Shown: piece by piece, positions 50,017-52,975 of the stretch
How positions within the stretch are numbered: the stretch's first letter is position 1
How the letters are laid out: each line of letters begins with the position of its first letter
DNA from: Atractiella rhizophila
Lineage: Eukaryota
Assembly: GCA_021432655.1 (NCBI GenBank)
Contig: MU271495.1
Coordinates: 1-52,975 of the forward strand
Length of the DNA: 52,975 nucleotides
Reading direction: 5' to 3'
The notes under the pieces: model-generated
Database searches by the model: none
Told to the model about the DNA's origin: nothing
The model's input: only the letters and a program-made list of their open reading frames with translations
Made by a program: the position numbers and the translations under genes

Positions 50017-51813
50017 ATGTCTGACCTTACTGCTCTGCTCAAACTCATTAACGACTCGACTCGCACCATTCAGGCGGTGTACGAGAAGCATCAAGCGCCA
50101 CCTCCATCCATCAACAATCTGGCGACTGGCTTTTCACCCCAAGTTGCTCTCCTGCCCGAAGTCATCGAGGCGCGTTCGTTAGCCGTCTCAGCATGTCAAC
50201 AACTTATTGCGACATTGGTAAGGTTCTTCGAAGGTTTCGAAGAGTTGTTGACTGTAAGAGCATAAAGGACTTGCCTGGACTTCAAGTGGCCAAGCATTCA
50301 ATGGGTGTAAGAGTGCACTAATCAGTTGCCGTATTTCTGACAAAACTCGTAGTTTCATGTCTCCAGTGCCCTCAGAGTCGCAATCGAAACGCATACTGCC
50401 GAGGCGTTGAGGGATGCTGGACCAGCAGGGTTACATGTTAACGAGATCGCAAAATACACCAACATTGATCCGGGAAAGCTGTGTGCGTCATTTCTGACGG
50501 TCAAGGTTCACGTCGACTGATTTGGATGATGCAGCACGGGAATTGAGGCTCTTGAGCACCCGTTACATCTTCCGTGAAGTATCTCCCAACGTTTTCGCTC
50601 ATACTACTCTTTCGGTTGCACTCGACAAGGGCAAACAAGCCTCCTCGTACAACTTGGATAACAAAAATGAATGGTATGCTGATTCGAAGGGCATTGCGGC
50701 ATTTACGATGGAGACAACGGATACCGCGTTCAAGTGCTCAGCATATCTCACCGAAACACTTTTGGATCCAAAACTTGCAAAGTCTGATAAGATCGAAGAT
50801 ACTGCGATGCGCTATGCGTTCGGAACGGACAAAGGAGTGTGGGAGTGGTTTAACCGGGAGAAGAACGAGCACCTTCTGAAGAGGTTCGCCGTGGCCATGA
50901 GAGAGACAGCTGCAATGAGTGATCCCCAAGCGGTAGTTCAGGTGAGTGTTGTGTCTCCTTCTCTGAAATTCTACTAACAGAAAGCTACAGGGATTTGACT
51001 GGCATGCATTAAAGCCTGGAAGTAAGATCGTAGATGTAGGAGGCGGTACGTGGGTAGAACGTAGTTTCCTTTCATTTGACAACAAATAGGTATCGGTACG
51101 CAAACGATGATCATCCTGAAAAGTTGCCCACAGCTTCATGGCGTCGTTCAAGACCTTCCTTTGGTCATTGAAAACTCCGCTCACAAGTACTGGGAGGAGG
51201 ATGCTCCAGAGATTGTTCGGGACAAACGTGTGACGCTCGTAAGTCCTTTTGCTGGGTAAGTTTATTATTGACAATCGGCCTAGATGTCCCATGATTTCAC
51301 GAAGGAACAACCAATCGTCAATGCTTCCGTATACTTCTTTCGTGCAGTCTTCCACGACTGGAGCGACAGGACCTGCCTGAATATCCTGTCTGCTCTTAAG
51401 GGGGCGATGGGTCCGGATTCCAAAGTCTTAGTGATGGAACAATTCCACCAGTATGCCTGTCCCCAAGAAAAGCTACCATCAGTCGGCGAAGCATACAAAC
51501 CTCCTCCCTTTGACGAAAATCTTTTTCTCCCACCTTCAGCAACGACAACCATTTCGCACCTAGTGGACGCTCAGATGCTCACCTATAATGTATGGAACCT
51601 GTTTGTTGCCTAATTCCAACAGCTGATGCACATCGAACAGACCGGTTGTGAGCGAGACCCAAGTCAGTTTGCTGATTTGTTCGATCAAGGAGGTTTCAAA
51701 GTAGAACAGTGAGCGTACCATTCCCTTCCCTGCCTCTCACTGATTTGATTTGTGACTGAAGGATCGCCCTTCGAGGCATGTGGACTTTCTACATCGCATC
51801 CCTAAAGACCTGA
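50017..51813 (+). CDS. SAM-dependent O-methyltransferase (COMT/Methyltransf_2 type)
   Basis: FHVSSALRVAIE..AGPAGLHVNEIA (winged-helix dimerisation region), RELRLLSTRYIFREVSPNVFAH, IVDVGGG|IGT (SAM motif), HDFTKEQP and FRAVFHDWSD (catalytic His). Confidence 0.92.
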
Positions 51814-52826
51814 GTTGGAGCTCTGTGTATGCAAAAATGGAAGACGTAGTTGTGGAGGGACAACAAGAGGTTGCTGGATCAAGGAATACAACAAATGTTG
51901 ATGTCAAACTTCAGTGAATCAAACTATATAACCTCACGGCTGCAAAAGAGAAGCAAACAAAGATATACAGACTCCTGCACGACGTTGTCGACAGCAGCAG
52001 TTTCAAGTGCATTATTGACTCCTCTCCACTGTCTAGTTCTCAATAGTTCCCATCCATTACCTATATCCATCCACGCCTCCAACAGCCCGATGAAGGGAAC
52101 GCCTCCAGATCCATAACCACTAAATTGAGGCTGGTGCCATCCCATCCTGTCATGCTCATCAGTCGTGACTCGTGAACCCCAATTGGCCAATATGTCTGCT
52201 AGTACAAGTCTCCACTGAAGGGAATTGAAGAAACCGGCGAGATCTGCACTGTTTGAGGCTGGTTGAGCGGCTTGGGTAGGAGGATGTGGAAAGGTTGGGA
52301 CTGGCCAACAGGTAGGTAAACGTTGAAGGATTTGGAACGGATGTCCGAGTGGCTCAGTGCCCTTCTGTGTTTTTTAAAGTACTCAGTCCTGGCGCTTCGC
52401 CCTATTTTACTTTGCTCAGCAGACAACACGATCTTTTTACCTCAGAGGTCAGCATCGCTATTTACGGAGTGCTGGGTTGGTCAGAACGGACATGCTGTTC
52501 CCGAAATTCTATCCTCATTCCACACCAACCACCCAAAAACGGAACTCCAACGTCCAGTGCAGCTTCTATGGAAATCATCAAAGAAGTACGGGCAGTTCCA
52601 GGACAATAGCAGTGAAAGCTTTTCAGTAACACTTCGTCCCTCAATTAAACGGGGCTAAGTACACCATCCGACAGCTTTGTAACCTGTTCCATTCCGTTGT
52701 CCATGGTTAACGCATTGTCGTCTGTTCCTTCGGATAGCTTTCCACTCTTTTATACTTTCGTACCTCTCATTCATCTTTGTGTATAAAAGGCAAGTCTTGA
52801 GTCTTGGGCTTTTAGCTCACCGAAAG

Positions 52827-52975
52827 ATGTCTGATCTTACTGCTCTGCTCAAACTCATCAACGACTCGACTTTTGCCATACAGGCGGCGTACGAGAAGCA
52901 GCAAGCCCTACCTCCGTCCATCAATGATCTCGCGACTGGCTTTTCACCCCAAGTTGCTCTCCTGCCCGAAGTCAT
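52827..52975 (+). CDS. Second O-methyltransferase paralog, 5' end only (truncated by the window)
   Basis: MSDLTALLKLINDSTFAIQAAYEKQQALPPSINDLATGFSPQVALLPEV is nearly identical to the N-terminus of copy 1; the upstream ~200 bp is also homologous. Confidence 0.85.
   Translation, partial: MSDLTALLKLINDSTFAIQAAYEKQQALPPSINDLATGFSPQVALLPEV

Noticed and set aside
51850..52644. Several short ORFs between the two O-methyltransferases
   Set aside because: No consistent exon chain or motif; treated as spacer.

Overview
Intron-rich, gene-dense eukaryotic DNA that looks like a basidiomycete fungus: mostly 50-70 nt GT-AG introns with CTRAY-type branch points. The ORF track therefore shows exon fragments and antisense shadows, and the gene models below were spliced by eye, so boundaries are approximate. 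About 22 protein genes are supported: a thioredoxin-fold protein, cytochrome-b5/acyl-CoA dehydrogenase, MYND-finger protein, aldehyde dehydrogenase, homoisocitrate dehydrogenase, a small hydrophilic repeat protein, Cdc15/Hof1-like F-BAR-SH3 protein, GPI mannosyltransferase (Smp3/PIG-Z), GNAT, ICln/Lot5, ML-domain protein, NDUFAF7/MidA, secreted GH5, AVT amino-acid transporter, a membrane protein, DnaJ/DnaJ-X, Fig4 phosphatase, Oma1-like M48 protease, an orphan, a GPI-anchored lipase-like protein and two tandem O-methyltransferases. There is also a 358-bp TA-flanked MITE. The most notable observations are (i) a GPI-anchored class-3 lipase homologue whose nucleophile Ser is Gly (GHGLGG) and whose gene needs a 4-nt micro-exon; (ii) a 114-aa four-exon protein, missed by the ORF track, built from exon-bounded modules resembling dehydrin K-segments; (iii) the MITE and a cluster of palindromes in the divergent promoter region ahead of the duplicated O-methyltransferases; (iv) two unusually long introns with candidate poison exons. 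No rRNA, tRNA or CRISPR array was recognised.
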